From positions 11,464 through 75,463 of IMG/VR virus record IMGVR_UViG_3300042197_004116: DNA of 64,000 bases; one strand, 5' to 3'. Source of the stretch: a virus. This document shows, one piece after another, positions 33,563 through 43,286 of this stretch; the stretch's first letter is position 1, and every line of letters begins with the position of its first letter. The position numbers were made by a program, and so were the translations under genes. The notes under the pieces are model-generated. The model was not told the origin of the DNA. It ran no database searches and worked only from the letters and a program-made list of their open reading frames with translations.

Positions 33563-34905
33563 CGTTTGATTTTAAAAATTTATTAGGCTCTAATGAAATA
33601 GTCACTGATGTTTCTCTAAATAGAGTGTTTAAGAGATTAGGAGCATTACAGTCCAGGTTAAATTCTATTTCTCAAGCCTCTTTTGGTGATTTATCTTCAT
33701 TAGATACTGTATTATTAAATTCTTTAGGAGCTACCCCTACTCCAACTCCTACACCTACCCCCACGCCCACGCCCACACCTACAGTTACTGCTACTCCTAC
33801 AGTAACACCTACAATTGTGCCTGGTGATACACCTACCCCCACACCCACACCTACAAGATCACCCACCCCTACACCTACAAGGTCTCCTACTCCAACCCCA
33901 ACACCTACAAGAACAAACACTCCCACACCCACACCTACCGCAACACCAGCATTTGAAACCCTTTCAATTAATATTGGCTCAGTAGATGACATGACTCAAG
34001 CAGTAAATCTTATAGACAGAGTTAGAGCAGCTACTGGAAGATCTTCTTTCTCAATACCATTAGATGTTACATTTAATGCTGTTGGGCCAATTATTGGGTA
34101 TAGAAATCAAGTAAATGTGGGTGGTAGTTTACCCGCTATAAGAACAGGTACAGGATGGCCTGCCGGTTCCAAGATAACACTGTACAACCCTCCTTTTGAA
34201 GCATCCACTGCAAACCCCTATAATACCATTGGTTTTGTGACGCCGGTAAAACGTGGAGCAATTGTTGGTTGGGGTCAAGACGGAGCATCAGCTCTATGGT
34301 TTTGTGGAACATGCTGGGGTGGCTCTACATGTACAAATTGGGCTCAATGGTATTCACCTAACTCTGCAGGAGCTTCAAGAGCTGGAGATGCTATATGGCT
34401 AGAAGATAGTAATATTGCTCAATTTAACGTTGATAACTATGGTGTAATAGGAGGTGGTGGTGGTAGTTCACCAGACTGTGGTTACGGAGGTCAACCTGGC
34501 GGCGGAGGCGGTGATAATACTCGAGGCGGCAATAAAACACAACTCTTTTACACCAGTGTAGGAAGAGGTGCTTATGGACCAACTAATGTTTACGGTGTAC
34601 CATGGGGAGGAACAAAATGCGACGGTGTAGGATGGATAACAATGCAAGGCGGTGGATTAACAGGTGGAGCTGGCAAGATCCATCCACCTGCAGGAGTTGG
34701 CCAGTGCACTTGCCGTTCTAGCGGCGGTATAGGTAATAATGCAGTTGGTAGATCTAACGCAGGTTACGCTATTAAGAAAAACAATACAGCTACTGTAATT
34801 AACTGGCCTACTACTAGCGGGAGAGTGGGTCCTGCAGGCGGTGGCACTGGAAATGGTGATCCCCGTGATGCTGGATACCCTAAAAACGGTATTATTGCAC
34901 AATAA
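33559..34905 (+). CDS. PT-stalk protein with a gp38-like Gly/Cys/Trp-rich adhesin domain
   Basis: PT tract, then [11 protein letters not shown]...GDAIWL...[10 protein letters not shown]. Confidence 0.7.
   Translation: MTFDFKNLLGSNEIVTDVSLNRVFKRLGALQSRLNSISQASFGDLSSLDTVLLNSLGATPTPTPTPTPTPTPTPTVTATPTVTPTIVPGDTPTPTPTPTRSPTPTPTRSPTPTPTPTRTNTPTPTPTATPAFETLSINIGSVDDMTQAVNLIDRVRAATGRSSFSIPLDVTFNAVGPIIGYRNQVNVGGSLPAIRTGTGWPAGSKITLYNPPFEASTANPYNTIGFVTPVKRGAIVGWGQDGASALWFCGTCWGGSTCTNWAQWYSPNSAGASRAGDAIWLEDSNIAQFNVDNYGVIGGGGGSSPDCGYGGQPGGGGGDNTRGGNKTQLFYTSVGRGAYGPTNVYGVPWGGTKCDGVGWITMQGGGLTGGAGKIHPPAGVGQCTCRSSGGIGNNAVGRSNAGYAIKKNNTATVINWPTTSGRVGPAGGGTGNGDPRDAGYPKNGIIAQ
33733..33948 (+). repeat. Pro-Thr repeat tract
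   Basis: [10 protein letters not shown] units. Confidence 0.95.
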
Positions 34906-34932
34906 CCACTATTAATAAATAAATAAATATAT

Positions 34933-35559
34933 ATGGCTAGTATTTCTGTAGTTAAATTAAAGATTAGAAGAGGTACTAATTCTGAGAGACTTCAAATTGT
35001 TTTAGACAATGGAGAATTAGGCTATACAACAGATTTTAATAGTAAAAGAGTGTTTATTGGTGATGGCGTAACCTATGGTGGTATACCTGTCGGTTCTAAG
35101 TTTTTTGTAGCAGATATATCAAGTTATTTTAATTATAGCAAATCTCAGGTCGGAGATATAATATATGACCCTGTAACTTCTGTTTTATATTCAGTTTCTA
35201 GTATAGACACATCAACACCTGAACCTTACCCTTTTGAATTTGCTCAGATAGCAAGAGTAACTAAGGTCGATAATTCAACAGTACAGTTTAACGGTGCAGG
35301 GCAATTACAGGTAATTAACAATAGCATAGGCGCTTCTAAAATTGCTTCATCTAGCTTCAATCAATCTATTTCAGGTGGCAATGGCCAGTCGATTGGTGTA
35401 AACTATGATAATAATAAAATTACTATTTCTGCTGGCAAACTTACTGTAAATGAAGCTTCGTTAAATCTTTCTCTCTTAGACGGCAGTACACTACCCTCAG
35501 TACTTCCTGGTACCCCAGGTAAATTATATAATGCAGGAGGTTTTGTTAAGGTAACTTAA
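34933..35559 (+). CDS. Short fibre protein with an Mtd-N-like domain
   Basis: KIRRGT...LDNGELGYTTD...RVFIGDG. Confidence 0.75.
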   Translation: MASISVVKLKIRRGTNSERLQIVLDNGELGYTTDFNSKRVFIGDGVTYGGIPVGSKFFVADISSYFNYSKSQVGDIIYDPVTSVLYSVSSIDTSTPEPYPFEFAQIARVTKVDNSTVQFNGAGQLQVINNSIGASKIASSSFNQSISGGNGQSIGVNYDNNKITISAGKLTVNEASLNLSLLDGSTLPSVLPGTPGKLYNAGGFVKVT

Positions 35560-35561
35560 TT

Positions 35562-37304
35562 ATGGCACTAGAAATTACATCTGATTCAGTAGTTAAAATT
35601 TTAGTTCGAAGAGGACTAGAGGCTGAGAGAAAGAATGTTTTGTTATCTGAAGGTGAGTTAGGGTATTCTATTGATACAAGTAGGTTGTTTATTGGAGATG
35701 GATTTACAACAGGCGGTAATCCAATAGGAATTAAAAATTTTGGCATAGTTGCTAATAAAAATGATGTTGCTCCTATAATGCTTCCTGGTGATTTAGTAAA
35801 AGAAAATAATATTTTATATTTCTTAAGGCCTGATAGTATTTTCGAACCAACTGCTCCTGAACTTTTTTTTGATCCTATTAGTATTATACCGACCCTGGAG
35901 TTTTTACCTTCTAATAATTCTTTAAGATTTAGCCTTTCAGGGCTTGGAGATGGTTTTGTTCTGCCTTATTCAACTGACCCCAGCACTTACATTAATAGAA
36001 CAATTCAAAGAGAATATGGTAAGATTAATTTTGATGCAAGATACATCTCTTTATGTGCAGCTAATAACAGCTGGTACTTAGGAAATATTTTTAACAAACA
36101 AGTTAAAAACAATTTAGATGCAACTCTTAACGTAGATACCAATATTTTTATTAATGAAATTAATTCTTCTCCTTATCAAATTCAAATTTATGCCAAGGAT
36201 CCCTCTGGAACAGCCAATTCATTAATTGAAGCAGTCAGCGGAAGTATGATTATAAGAGGTAAAACCGGTGTAGGGTTATCACAGAATTTACCATCTTCAA
36301 CAATTTCACAAATTTCAATAGCAAACAACGGAGGTATTACTCTAGCTTCAAATAGAACAGGACAAGGCTATGGTTCTCCAGGTAATCTTGTTAATGGTGT
36401 GACGAGATTTCTTTCCTCTGTATATATGGATCAAGATTTGTGGGTAGCAGGAACACTTTCTGCTGCAACATTAGTAGCTATTAATACAACCTCTACAACT
36501 ACTTCTGCCTTGAGTGTATTTACATTTGATTCAATTACTGATACCGCTTATATAGGTAATGGTAACCCTCTTAACTCTCAAAATATTTTAAGAGTAACAG
36601 GTGATTCAGGACCAGGTTTAAGAGATTACTTAATAGTAAAAGATGATTCAAAGGGCCTTGGAGGGTGTAATGTTCTTATTAACCAAGGAGGTAATCAAAA
36701 CGGCAATTATACACTAAGCCTTTCAGGAAGCTTGGGTGTTACTTCTACTGGAGCTGATGGAGCTGCATCTGATAGAGTTGATATTAGTACAGGTACACTA
36801 AAAACTAATGTTACTACTGGTAATCATTCTTACAGTACTTTAACTCTCACTGCTCCTACCATGACTCAGACTAATGCTACTTCACTTCAAATTACTACAC
36901 CTAATTTGCTAGTTCAAGGCGGTGCTTCAAATACAATTATAAGATCAAATGCAGGTGGAGTTTCAGATTATGTAGATGTTCAAGGTAATTTGAGAGTTAC
37001 AAGAGATATTACTGCTTACTACACATCAGATTTAAGATTCAAAGAAAATACTGAAACTATTTTAAATCCTCTTGATAAAATCTCTATTCTTAATGGTGTT
37101 CACTTTGACTGGAAAAAGATATCAGGTAAGGAAGGATCGAGCTATGGAATAATTGCACAAGATGTTGAAAAAATATTACCTGAAGCAGTTATAACTAGAG
37201 ATGATGGCTACAAAGCTGTAAATTACAATATGTTAATACCTCTTTTAATAGAAAGTATTAAAGAATTAAAAACTCAAGTAGAAACACTTAAAAAACAAAT
37301 ATAA
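35562..37304 (+). CDS. Tail fibre with an Mtd-N-like domain and a C-terminal peptidase S74 intramolecular chaperone
   Basis: LVRRG...EGELGYSIDTSRLFIGDG; YTSDLRFKEN...GIIAQDVEKILPEAV...LIPLLIESIKEL. Confidence 0.9.
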   Translation: MALEITSDSVVKILVRRGLEAERKNVLLSEGELGYSIDTSRLFIGDGFTTGGNPIGIKNFGIVANKNDVAPIMLPGDLVKENNILYFLRPDSIFEPTAPELFFDPISIIPTLEFLPSNNSLRFSLSGLGDGFVLPYSTDPSTYINRTIQREYGKINFDARYISLCAANNSWYLGNIFNKQVKNNLDATLNVDTNIFINEINSSPYQIQIYAKDPSGTANSLIEAVSGSMIIRGKTGVGLSQNLPSSTISQISIANNGGITLASNRTGQGYGSPGNLVNGVTRFLSSVYMDQDLWVAGTLSAATLVAINTTSTTTSALSVFTFDSITDTAYIGNGNPLNSQNILRVTGDSGPGLRDYLIVKDDSKGLGGCNVLINQGGNQNGNYTLSLSGSLGVTSTGADGAASDRVDISTGTLKTNVTTGNHSYSTLTLTAPTMTQTNATSLQITTPNLLVQGGASNTIIRSNAGGVSDYVDVQGNLRVTRDITAYYTSDLRFKENTETILNPLDKISILNGVHFDWKKISGKEGSSYGIIAQDVEKILPEAVITRDDGYKAVNYNMLIPLLIESIKELKTQVETLKKQI

Positions 37305-37313
37305 ATACATTAT

Positions 37314-37883
37314 ATGGCAAGATTACCTAGTTCAGGATCATTAAGTGTTTCACAAATAAACACTCTTAAAGCTTTAGGTACTGTGCAAACATCTCTTGAT
37401 GATAGGGAAGCACAATATATGGGTGATTCTGGCCGAACAGGAAATGCTAATGTCAACACATCGCAAGTATGTATGCCTAATGAAATCGTCAATGAAACAA
37501 CCGGTGCATTAGCTAAAAATACGCTTGGCTGGACTTATACAGGCCCTTCTGTTGCATGGAGACCAGTAAGAGTTAGTGAATTTTATCATGCTTATAACAG
37601 TTTACCTTCTCAGACAGTAACAAAACTTACAGCTTTTGTAAGTGCAACACAAGGTCAGATAAGAGTAGATTGCTCTGGAAGTGATGCAGGTGGTCCTTAC
37701 TATATATACTACAGTGCTACAGGCATTCCAGGAGCATGGTATACTGCTTCAGACATAGGCGGTGGCGTTTGGAGATATACCTTTACAGTCAATTCTGCAA
37801 ACAATCCTCATGTATTCAGGGTAAGAGATTCTGAAAATTGCGGTTCAAGCTTAGAAATCTCACAGTCCGTTAATTACCCTTAA
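37314..37883 (+). CDS. Putative fibre-tip protein
   Basis: LPSSGSLSVSQIN N-terminus, typical of genes following S74 fibres; TATAAATA upstream. Confidence 0.55.
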   Translation: MARLPSSGSLSVSQINTLKALGTVQTSLDDREAQYMGDSGRTGNANVNTSQVCMPNEIVNETTGALAKNTLGWTYTGPSVAWRPVRVSEFYHAYNSLPSQTVTKLTAFVSATQGQIRVDCSGSDAGGPYYIYYSATGIPGAWYTASDIGGGVWRYTFTVNSANNPHVFRVRDSENCGSSLEISQSVNYP

Positions 37884-37919
37884 CTGGAAATTTAGGTTTC
37901 AAATAATAAATTATATTTA

Positions 37920-39239
37920 ATGATTGGTATTAAGAAAACCGATAAAGAAATACAAGAATCTATTTTAGATAGAGCTATAGTATACTTAAAATACAGAGAA
38001 ACTGATAGTTTTCTTTACTGTTCATTCTTTACTAGAAACTTAGAAGTAATTAAGAAAGTATTTCCTGACCTTAATATATCATTTTCACAATATAAAAACG
38101 ACAAAATAGATGCTGTTGATTTGAGAACTGGAGATCTAAGAACTTTAGAGACCAAAGAACTCTCTTTTGGTTATTTTCCAGAATTTCCTTTTGAACTATC
38201 CCCTGTATTTCTTTTCAATCCAAAATATACTGATAAATTGTCTGCAAAAGATGTTATGTCTTTTCAAAAAAATACTATTACTCAATTAAAGAAATATAAA
38301 AATATAGCTTTAAAAATTAAAGATAGTAAAGAAAGAGAAGATTTAAATAAAATTATCTCACCTAAAGCATCTTTTCTTAAAACCATCTTACCAGGTTGTA
38401 GACTACTTGATGTAGCTCCATTAGATGCTTTTAAACAAGATAAAGTTTTAGTAAAGAAAGCATTTAAAAAATACCATGATGAACTTTTAAAGCATTATGA
38501 TTATGTTATAGATGAAATTAATGCAGAAAAAAATGTCCTGTACAAAAAAATTAAAAGAGGGTGTAAATTTAGTAAAGATTCTCTTAATGAGGTGTTAGAG
38601 TTAGAGAAAAAAATTAATAAGGAGCGTATAAGCAGTGGTAAGTTAAAATTTACCTGTATATACGAAATGCTTAGTTACTGGCCTGAATCCTTAATTCCTG
38701 CTCCAGACTATATTATTACTGACCCTAGTGAAGAATGTAAAAAAATAATTGCTACAGTAAAATTAAGTGTACCTAGAGATGTATTAGTAGACTACTATAA
38801 AAATTTATGCACTGTCATTAGTGATTGGAGTACATATGCTTTTACTTCTGAAAATAACCCGGAAGTATTTAAAAAAATTGTTGGTATAAAAGAAGAGGAT
38901 GAATTCATACACTTTATAAGCATACCTACTTATAATATATTACCTACAAGCTGTGATTTAAAGATTTTTCCAGGTAAGACTATTAAAACAAACGCTAATT
39001 TCATTCACTGCTATACATTTAAAAAAGACGAAGAGAAGGGCGATTATTATCTATTTTCTGATAATAATACTTCTATGACTAACCCAGATGCTATTAGATT
39101 AAAGAAAATAGATGATACCCATATTGAACTTATATTCAATCTTGATAATCAAGATACATTTAAAAGTAAGGGAACTAAACTTGAACCAATTACTAATACG
39201 CTTGAAATTTTAGATAATTTTATAAAAATAGCTGATTAA
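37920..39239 (+). CDS. Hypothetical protein, possibly a fibre assembly factor
   Basis: 439 aa; coiled coil followed by LSYWPESLIPAP. Confidence 0.5.
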   Translation: MIGIKKTDKEIQESILDRAIVYLKYRETDSFLYCSFFTRNLEVIKKVFPDLNISFSQYKNDKIDAVDLRTGDLRTLETKELSFGYFPEFPFELSPVFLFNPKYTDKLSAKDVMSFQKNTITQLKKYKNIALKIKDSKEREDLNKIISPKASFLKTILPGCRLLDVAPLDAFKQDKVLVKKAFKKYHDELLKHYDYVIDEINAEKNVLYKKIKRGCKFSKDSLNEVLELEKKINKERISSGKLKFTCIYEMLSYWPESLIPAPDYIITDPSEECKKIIATVKLSVPRDVLVDYYKNLCTVISDWSTYAFTSENNPEVFKKIVGIKEEDEFIHFISIPTYNILPTSCDLKIFPGKTIKTNANFIHCYTFKKDEEKGDYYLFSDNNTSMTNPDAIRLKKIDDTHIELIFNLDNQDTFKSKGTKLEPITNTLEILDNFIKIAD

Positions 39240-40176
39240 ATCTTTTAACTATATCAGAAAAATTGTTTTCTTCTTTTCTAGTTTCACAATTTCTAAGAAC
39301 ACCAATAAAATAATCCCTATCTGTATAAATCCTGTATAAAGACATTATAAACTCTTCTATATTATTTGCAGGCAGATAATCAAATTCACTCTTTTTATTA
39401 AGTATTAAGTTTTTGTCTTCGTTTAAGATTATTGGAACACCAGATTTAAATGAAGAGAACAATCTGTTACAATGCTTAAAACCGGCTTGAGGTTGATCAT
39501 AATTTCTAGAAAAAAAGAAGACATCTTCTTTACCTTGATTGTGATTATATTTACTTTCTATGCTAAATTTAGATTCATCTATATGTTTTAAAAAAAGCTT
39601 TTTATTAATTATTTTTTTTGCAATATTAAATTTTTCATTTGTAGTTGCTTTACAAAAGCTTAATAGCCACGGTGCTATATTTAACTCTAATGCGTTACAA
39701 AAAAACCTTCTAGGAGGAAAAACAGGATTACATTTCTTAAGACTTAAAGGCAAAGGCTCAGGAAAATAATTTATCTTTAAATTATACGTATAAAATCCGC
39801 CCAACCATGGAGTTGACTCCATAATTTCACCAGGCAAAGGCTTCTTTGCAATATCAAAACAAACAGACTTATCTGCAGATAAATACATATCACAATTAAA
39901 AATAGGTGGCTTATCACTTAAAATTTGTACTTTTTTATAACTACCTAAGAAGTCTATTTTGTGTCTATTGTCAAAATGAAAAATTACTGTATCACTATCC
40001 TCTATATTAACAGGGAGTTTGGAAACTAGGCTTATATTTTGTATGCCATTATTTTTAAGTATCCAATAAAGGTAAGACGAATGTACATCTTTTCCCTTAA
40101 AAGTTGACATGTCGTTATACAAGTCTGGAGAAAGAGCATAGTTTTTTAAAGGCTGATTAGTTAAAAAATAAATCAT
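39220..40176 (-). CDS. Putative GT-B glycosyltransferase-like protein
   Basis: C-terminal KHCNRLFSSFKSGVPIILNE...ANNIEEFIMSLYRI; ATG 40176 overlaps the upstream stop. Confidence 0.45.
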   Translation of the reverse strand: MIYFLTNQPLKNYALSPDLYNDMSTFKGKDVHSSYLYWILKNNGIQNISLVSKLPVNIEDSDTVIFHFDNRHKIDFLGSYKKVQILSDKPPIFNCDMYLSADKSVCFDIAKKPLPGEIMESTPWLGGFYTYNLKINYFPEPLPLSLKKCNPVFPPRRFFCNALELNIAPWLLSFCKATTNEKFNIAKKIINKKLFLKHIDESKFSIESKYNHNQGKEDVFFFSRNYDQPQAGFKHCNRLFSSFKSGVPIILNEDKNLILNKKSEFDYLPANNIEEFIMSLYRIYTDRDYFIGVLRNCETRKEENNFSDIVKRFNQLFL

Positions 40177-40988
40177 TTTTGAAGTAAAAATTCTGACCAA
40201 ACAACAGGAAGCTCAAAATTCTCTTGACCTGAGTGAGACTTCCCATAATCAGTCATTATGTTGCTATCCTTATAATAGTTCTCACATCTTTCAAAATCAA
40301 CATTTTGTCTTATTTTTTTATAGAAATGTTTTCTGTAATTTATAAGGTTAGTTTTAGAATAAACTAAATTAAATTTTTTTCTAAATTTATTTTTTAATAG
40401 AGCATACGTTATAGGTGCAAAATAAAATAAACTATACCACTTTAAATAGTTATCATTAATTTGTTTCTTATATTTTGATTCACAATTTAAATTTAAATCA
40501 AGTATGTAACATAAACCTCCAGGTTTTAAGATACGATATATTTCTTTTATTGTTTTTTCTTTATGAATAGAATGAGAAAAAGATTCAATAAAATATATTA
40601 TATCAAAAAAGTTATTTTTGAAGTTCGTTTTATTGAAGTTTTGTAGAGTAATTTTTGCTCTATTAGAAACATTATATTTTTTTATATTTTTATCTGCTAT
40701 ATTTTTTTGAACATTGCTTAAAGTTACACCATGTATAAACAAATCTTTGTTCTTTTTTAGGAAAGCAAGAGATAGACTGAAATCACCACAACCAGCATCT
40801 AATATAGTAACAGCATCTTTGACAAAGATCTTTTTATACAGAATATCATCATGCTGTTTTAAAAAAGGTGAAAATCTAAATGACTCTACTCTTCTATAAG
40901 TGTCTATCCACGAAGAGGTAGATGTGTTATAATAATCTCTTATTTTCTCGTAATGTAATTTTTTTTCTTTAATTAATGATGTACCCAT
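40173..40988 (-). CDS. Class I SAM methyltransferase (sterol/tocopherol-MT-like)
   Basis: ILDAGCG, GVTLSNVQ, FDIIYFIESFSH, RILKPGG. Confidence 0.9.
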   Translation of the reverse strand: MGTSLIKEKKLHYEKIRDYYNTSTSSWIDTYRRVESFRFSPFLKQHDDILYKKIFVKDAVTILDAGCGDFSLSLAFLKKNKDLFIHGVTLSNVQKNIADKNIKKYNVSNRAKITLQNFNKTNFKNNFFDIIYFIESFSHSIHKEKTIKEIYRILKPGGLCYILDLNLNCESKYKKQINDNYLKWYSLFYFAPITYALLKNKFRKKFNLVYSKTNLINYRKHFYKKIRQNVDFERCENYYKDSNIMTDYGKSHSGQENFELPVVWSEFLLQK

Positions 40989-41418
40989 ATCTATTATGAG
41001 GAGGTTCAGGTGAATCTTTTTTTACAAAAACAATATGTACAGGGTCATCATCTGTAATTTCATCTAAAGAGCTGCCTTCGTAAGAATTAAAATTAGAACT
41101 ATTAATTAAATGAGTTGTTTCTGAATAAACTTTTTTTACAATATTAGCCATATAAAACCCGCTTGTACCTGTGGGTGTTAATTCTAACGCTGTTGCACAA
41201 TTATCAATTATTGAAACCAGGCGATTTTCAACTACAAACGCTCTTAATGCTTTTTTTTGCTGCGGGGTAAAATTTAAAACTGTATTAGTGCCTATATATT
41301 CTTTTCCGTCATATCTTAAAGATAGCTTATTTCTAATAGGCTCGTCATTCAATAAAAAATGTTTATGACTTACATACAAGTCGTTCTTTTCTAGAAAATC
41401 ATCAGTAAATAAAAGCAT
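40969..41418 (-). CDS. Hypothetical protein
   Basis: 149-aa ORF with TAAGTA 5 nt before the ATG. Confidence 0.6.
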   Translation of the reverse strand: MLLFTDDFLEKNDLYVSHKHFLLNDEPIRNKLSLRYDGKEYIGTNTVLNFTPQQKKALRAFVVENRLVSIIDNCATALELTPTGTSGFYMANIVKKVYSETTHLINSSNFNSYEGSSLDEITDDDPVHIVFVKKDSPEPPHNRYGYIIN

Positions 41419-41465
41419 ATATATACTTACATATAGATTTTTAAATTCAATTTATTAAATTTTTA

Positions 41466-42149
41466 GTGTCAAGTATTTTAAGTGCTTTTTTAAAATCTGA
41501 ACCCGATTTAGACTGGTTTATTTTTCAGAGTTGTCTGCCTTGGATTAGGCTTAATATCAAAATACCATTTGATAAAATGTACGAAGAAGCTAAGGCATTA
41601 CTTTCTAACTTCATAGAATATCGGGAAACCAATAGTAAAGGGTGGAAATCAATCTGCATTCACGGTATATCTAGCTCTCATATATACGATTTTACATACT
41701 ATGATGAGTATAAAGACATAGATCAAAATGCTGTACCATATCGATGGACTGAGATTTCTAAAAAATGTCCAGTAACAACTAAGTTTTTAAAAAATAATTT
41801 TTTTAACGCCAAGTTTTTTAGAGTTAGATATATGGCATTAGAACCAGGCGGGTATATTTTGCCGCATACAGATATGCCTAAGAAAATACTTGCCCCTATA
41901 AATATATCACTAAACAATCCAGATAATTGTGTTTTTAAAATGAAAAATTACGGCATAGTACCTTTTAAGGCAGGCGACGCATTTATACTTGACACTAGTA
42001 ATGAACATGTAGTTTTTAATGATAGTAATGAAACAAGAATTCATATGATTGTTCATATTAACTATCCTATTTTAACTAAAATTAATCAAAAAAAATGGGC
42101 AAAATTATTATTCAATTCATGGAGAATTACGAATCAGCATAAAAGCTAA
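41466..42149 (+). CDS. Aspartyl/asparaginyl beta-hydroxylase-family 2OG-Fe(II) oxygenase
   Basis: RVRYMALEPGGYILPHTD...EHVVFNDSNETRIHMIVH. Confidence 0.85.
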   Translation: MSSILSAFLKSEPDLDWFIFQSCLPWIRLNIKIPFDKMYEEAKALLSNFIEYRETNSKGWKSICIHGISSSHIYDFTYYDEYKDIDQNAVPYRWTEISKKCPVTTKFLKNNFFNAKFFRVRYMALEPGGYILPHTDMPKKILAPINISLNNPDNCVFKMKNYGIVPFKAGDAFILDTSNEHVVFNDSNETRIHMIVHINYPILTKINQKKWAKLLFNSWRITNQHKS

Positions 42150-42681
42150 TACTAAAACTTATTTTATCTTTACTTGAAAAATTATAAACAGAATGCATTT
42201 TATTTAGAGGAAAAATTACATAATCACCTTTATTTTTAATTTCTTTATATTCATTATTTGATTCATAAAGACAGGCTCTATCCAGATCAAACAATAATAA
42301 ATGAAAAATAACAAAACCATTCTTTTTGTGTAAATGTCTAGGAAAGTGACAATGCTTGTTGAGTTTACAAAACTGCGCAGAATTTATAGAAATATTTTTA
42401 TTTTTAATTTCGTTTATAAGTGAAATAGTATTTTTAAAGTATTTAATTGAGTTATTTTCTACCTCTTTATTTACACCGCAGTAAATAGGCATAGATTTCC
42501 ATTCTATCTTGCTTGAGCCTTTTGAACTAAAAACTGCTTCACGGTTTTTATTTTCTACATAAAAATATTTTTCTAACATTTTAAAATTATCTACATCTGT
42601 ATATTCACTTATAATACTATCAATATTATTTTTAAATAAGTTTAAAAATTTAAAATAATTTATCTCATAAAAATTTTTCAT
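42127..42681 (-). CDS. AspH-like/cupin oxygenase (HxH variant)
   Basis: WKSMPIY, SAQFCKL...PRHLH...HSVYNFSSKDKISF. Confidence 0.65.
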   Translation of the reverse strand: MKNFYEINYFKFLNLFKNNIDSIISEYTDVDNFKMLEKYFYVENKNREAVFSSKGSSKIEWKSMPIYCGVNKEVENNSIKYFKNTISLINEIKNKNISINSAQFCKLNKHCHFPRHLHKKNGFVIFHLLLFDLDRACLYESNNEYKEIKNKGDYVIFPLNKMHSVYNFSSKDKISFSISFYADS

Positions 42682-43286
42682 ACATTTACTTCTACTCCAA
42701 AAGTAATTCTATCAGTAATAGATTTATTTTCAGCATAATGGTATAAAAACGGATTAAAGATAACATAGTCTTTTACGTCTTTCATACCTTTTTTTTCGTA
42801 GTAGGAACAATAATCTTCAAAAGTATTGGGATCACCATTATTACTTTCATCTAAGTATGTAAATGCCTTGCCATCAAACAAAGTAAACATATTAATATGT
42901 ATAATAGCAGTTTTTGTACTATGTTTATGATAAGGAATACTCTGATTTGATTTTAAACAAAAAAACCCAGAAAAATTTAAATTTTTTATTTTTTTTAATA
43001 TATTATTAGTTTTAACAAACTCATTCTTAAAACAAAATTTATCTTTGTACAAAGGTATTACAATCCAATTATTAGCATTTCCACCTTTCTTATAATAATC
43101 TTCATTATTTTTTTGCTGCTTAATCCACTCTACTGTTTTTTTGTGAGGTCTTATAAAATTATTATTCTTAGTAATAAAAGAATTGTTTTGTATAAAATTA
43201 TTATATTCACATATTATTGTATCAAAACTATCTAAGAGAATTTTAAACTGAGGAAAGTCATCTAGTGCTTTAAACAAACGATTCAT
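42678..43286 (-). CDS. AspH-like/cupin oxygenase (HxH variant)
   Basis: WIVIPLY, FSGFFCLKSNQSIPYHKH...HYAENKSITDRIT. Confidence 0.7.
   Translation of the reverse strand: MNRLFKALDDFPQFKILLDSFDTIICEYNNFIQNNSFITKNNNFIRPHKKTVEWIKQQKNNEDYYKKGGNANNWIVIPLYKDKFCFKNEFVKTNNILKKIKNLNFSGFFCLKSNQSIPYHKHSTKTAIIHINMFTLFDGKAFTYLDESNNGDPNTFEDYCSYYEKKGMKDVKDYVIFNPFLYHYAENKSITDRITFGVEVNV

Noticed and set aside
34933-37304. Diversity-generating retroelement suggested by Mtd-N-like domains
   Set aside because: No reverse transcriptase and no template/variable repeat pair seen in the window; Mtd-N is only a structural module
37884-37919. Intrinsic terminator after the fibre genes
   Set aside because: Only a weak AT-rich hairpin with no U-tract; I found no convincing terminators in the window
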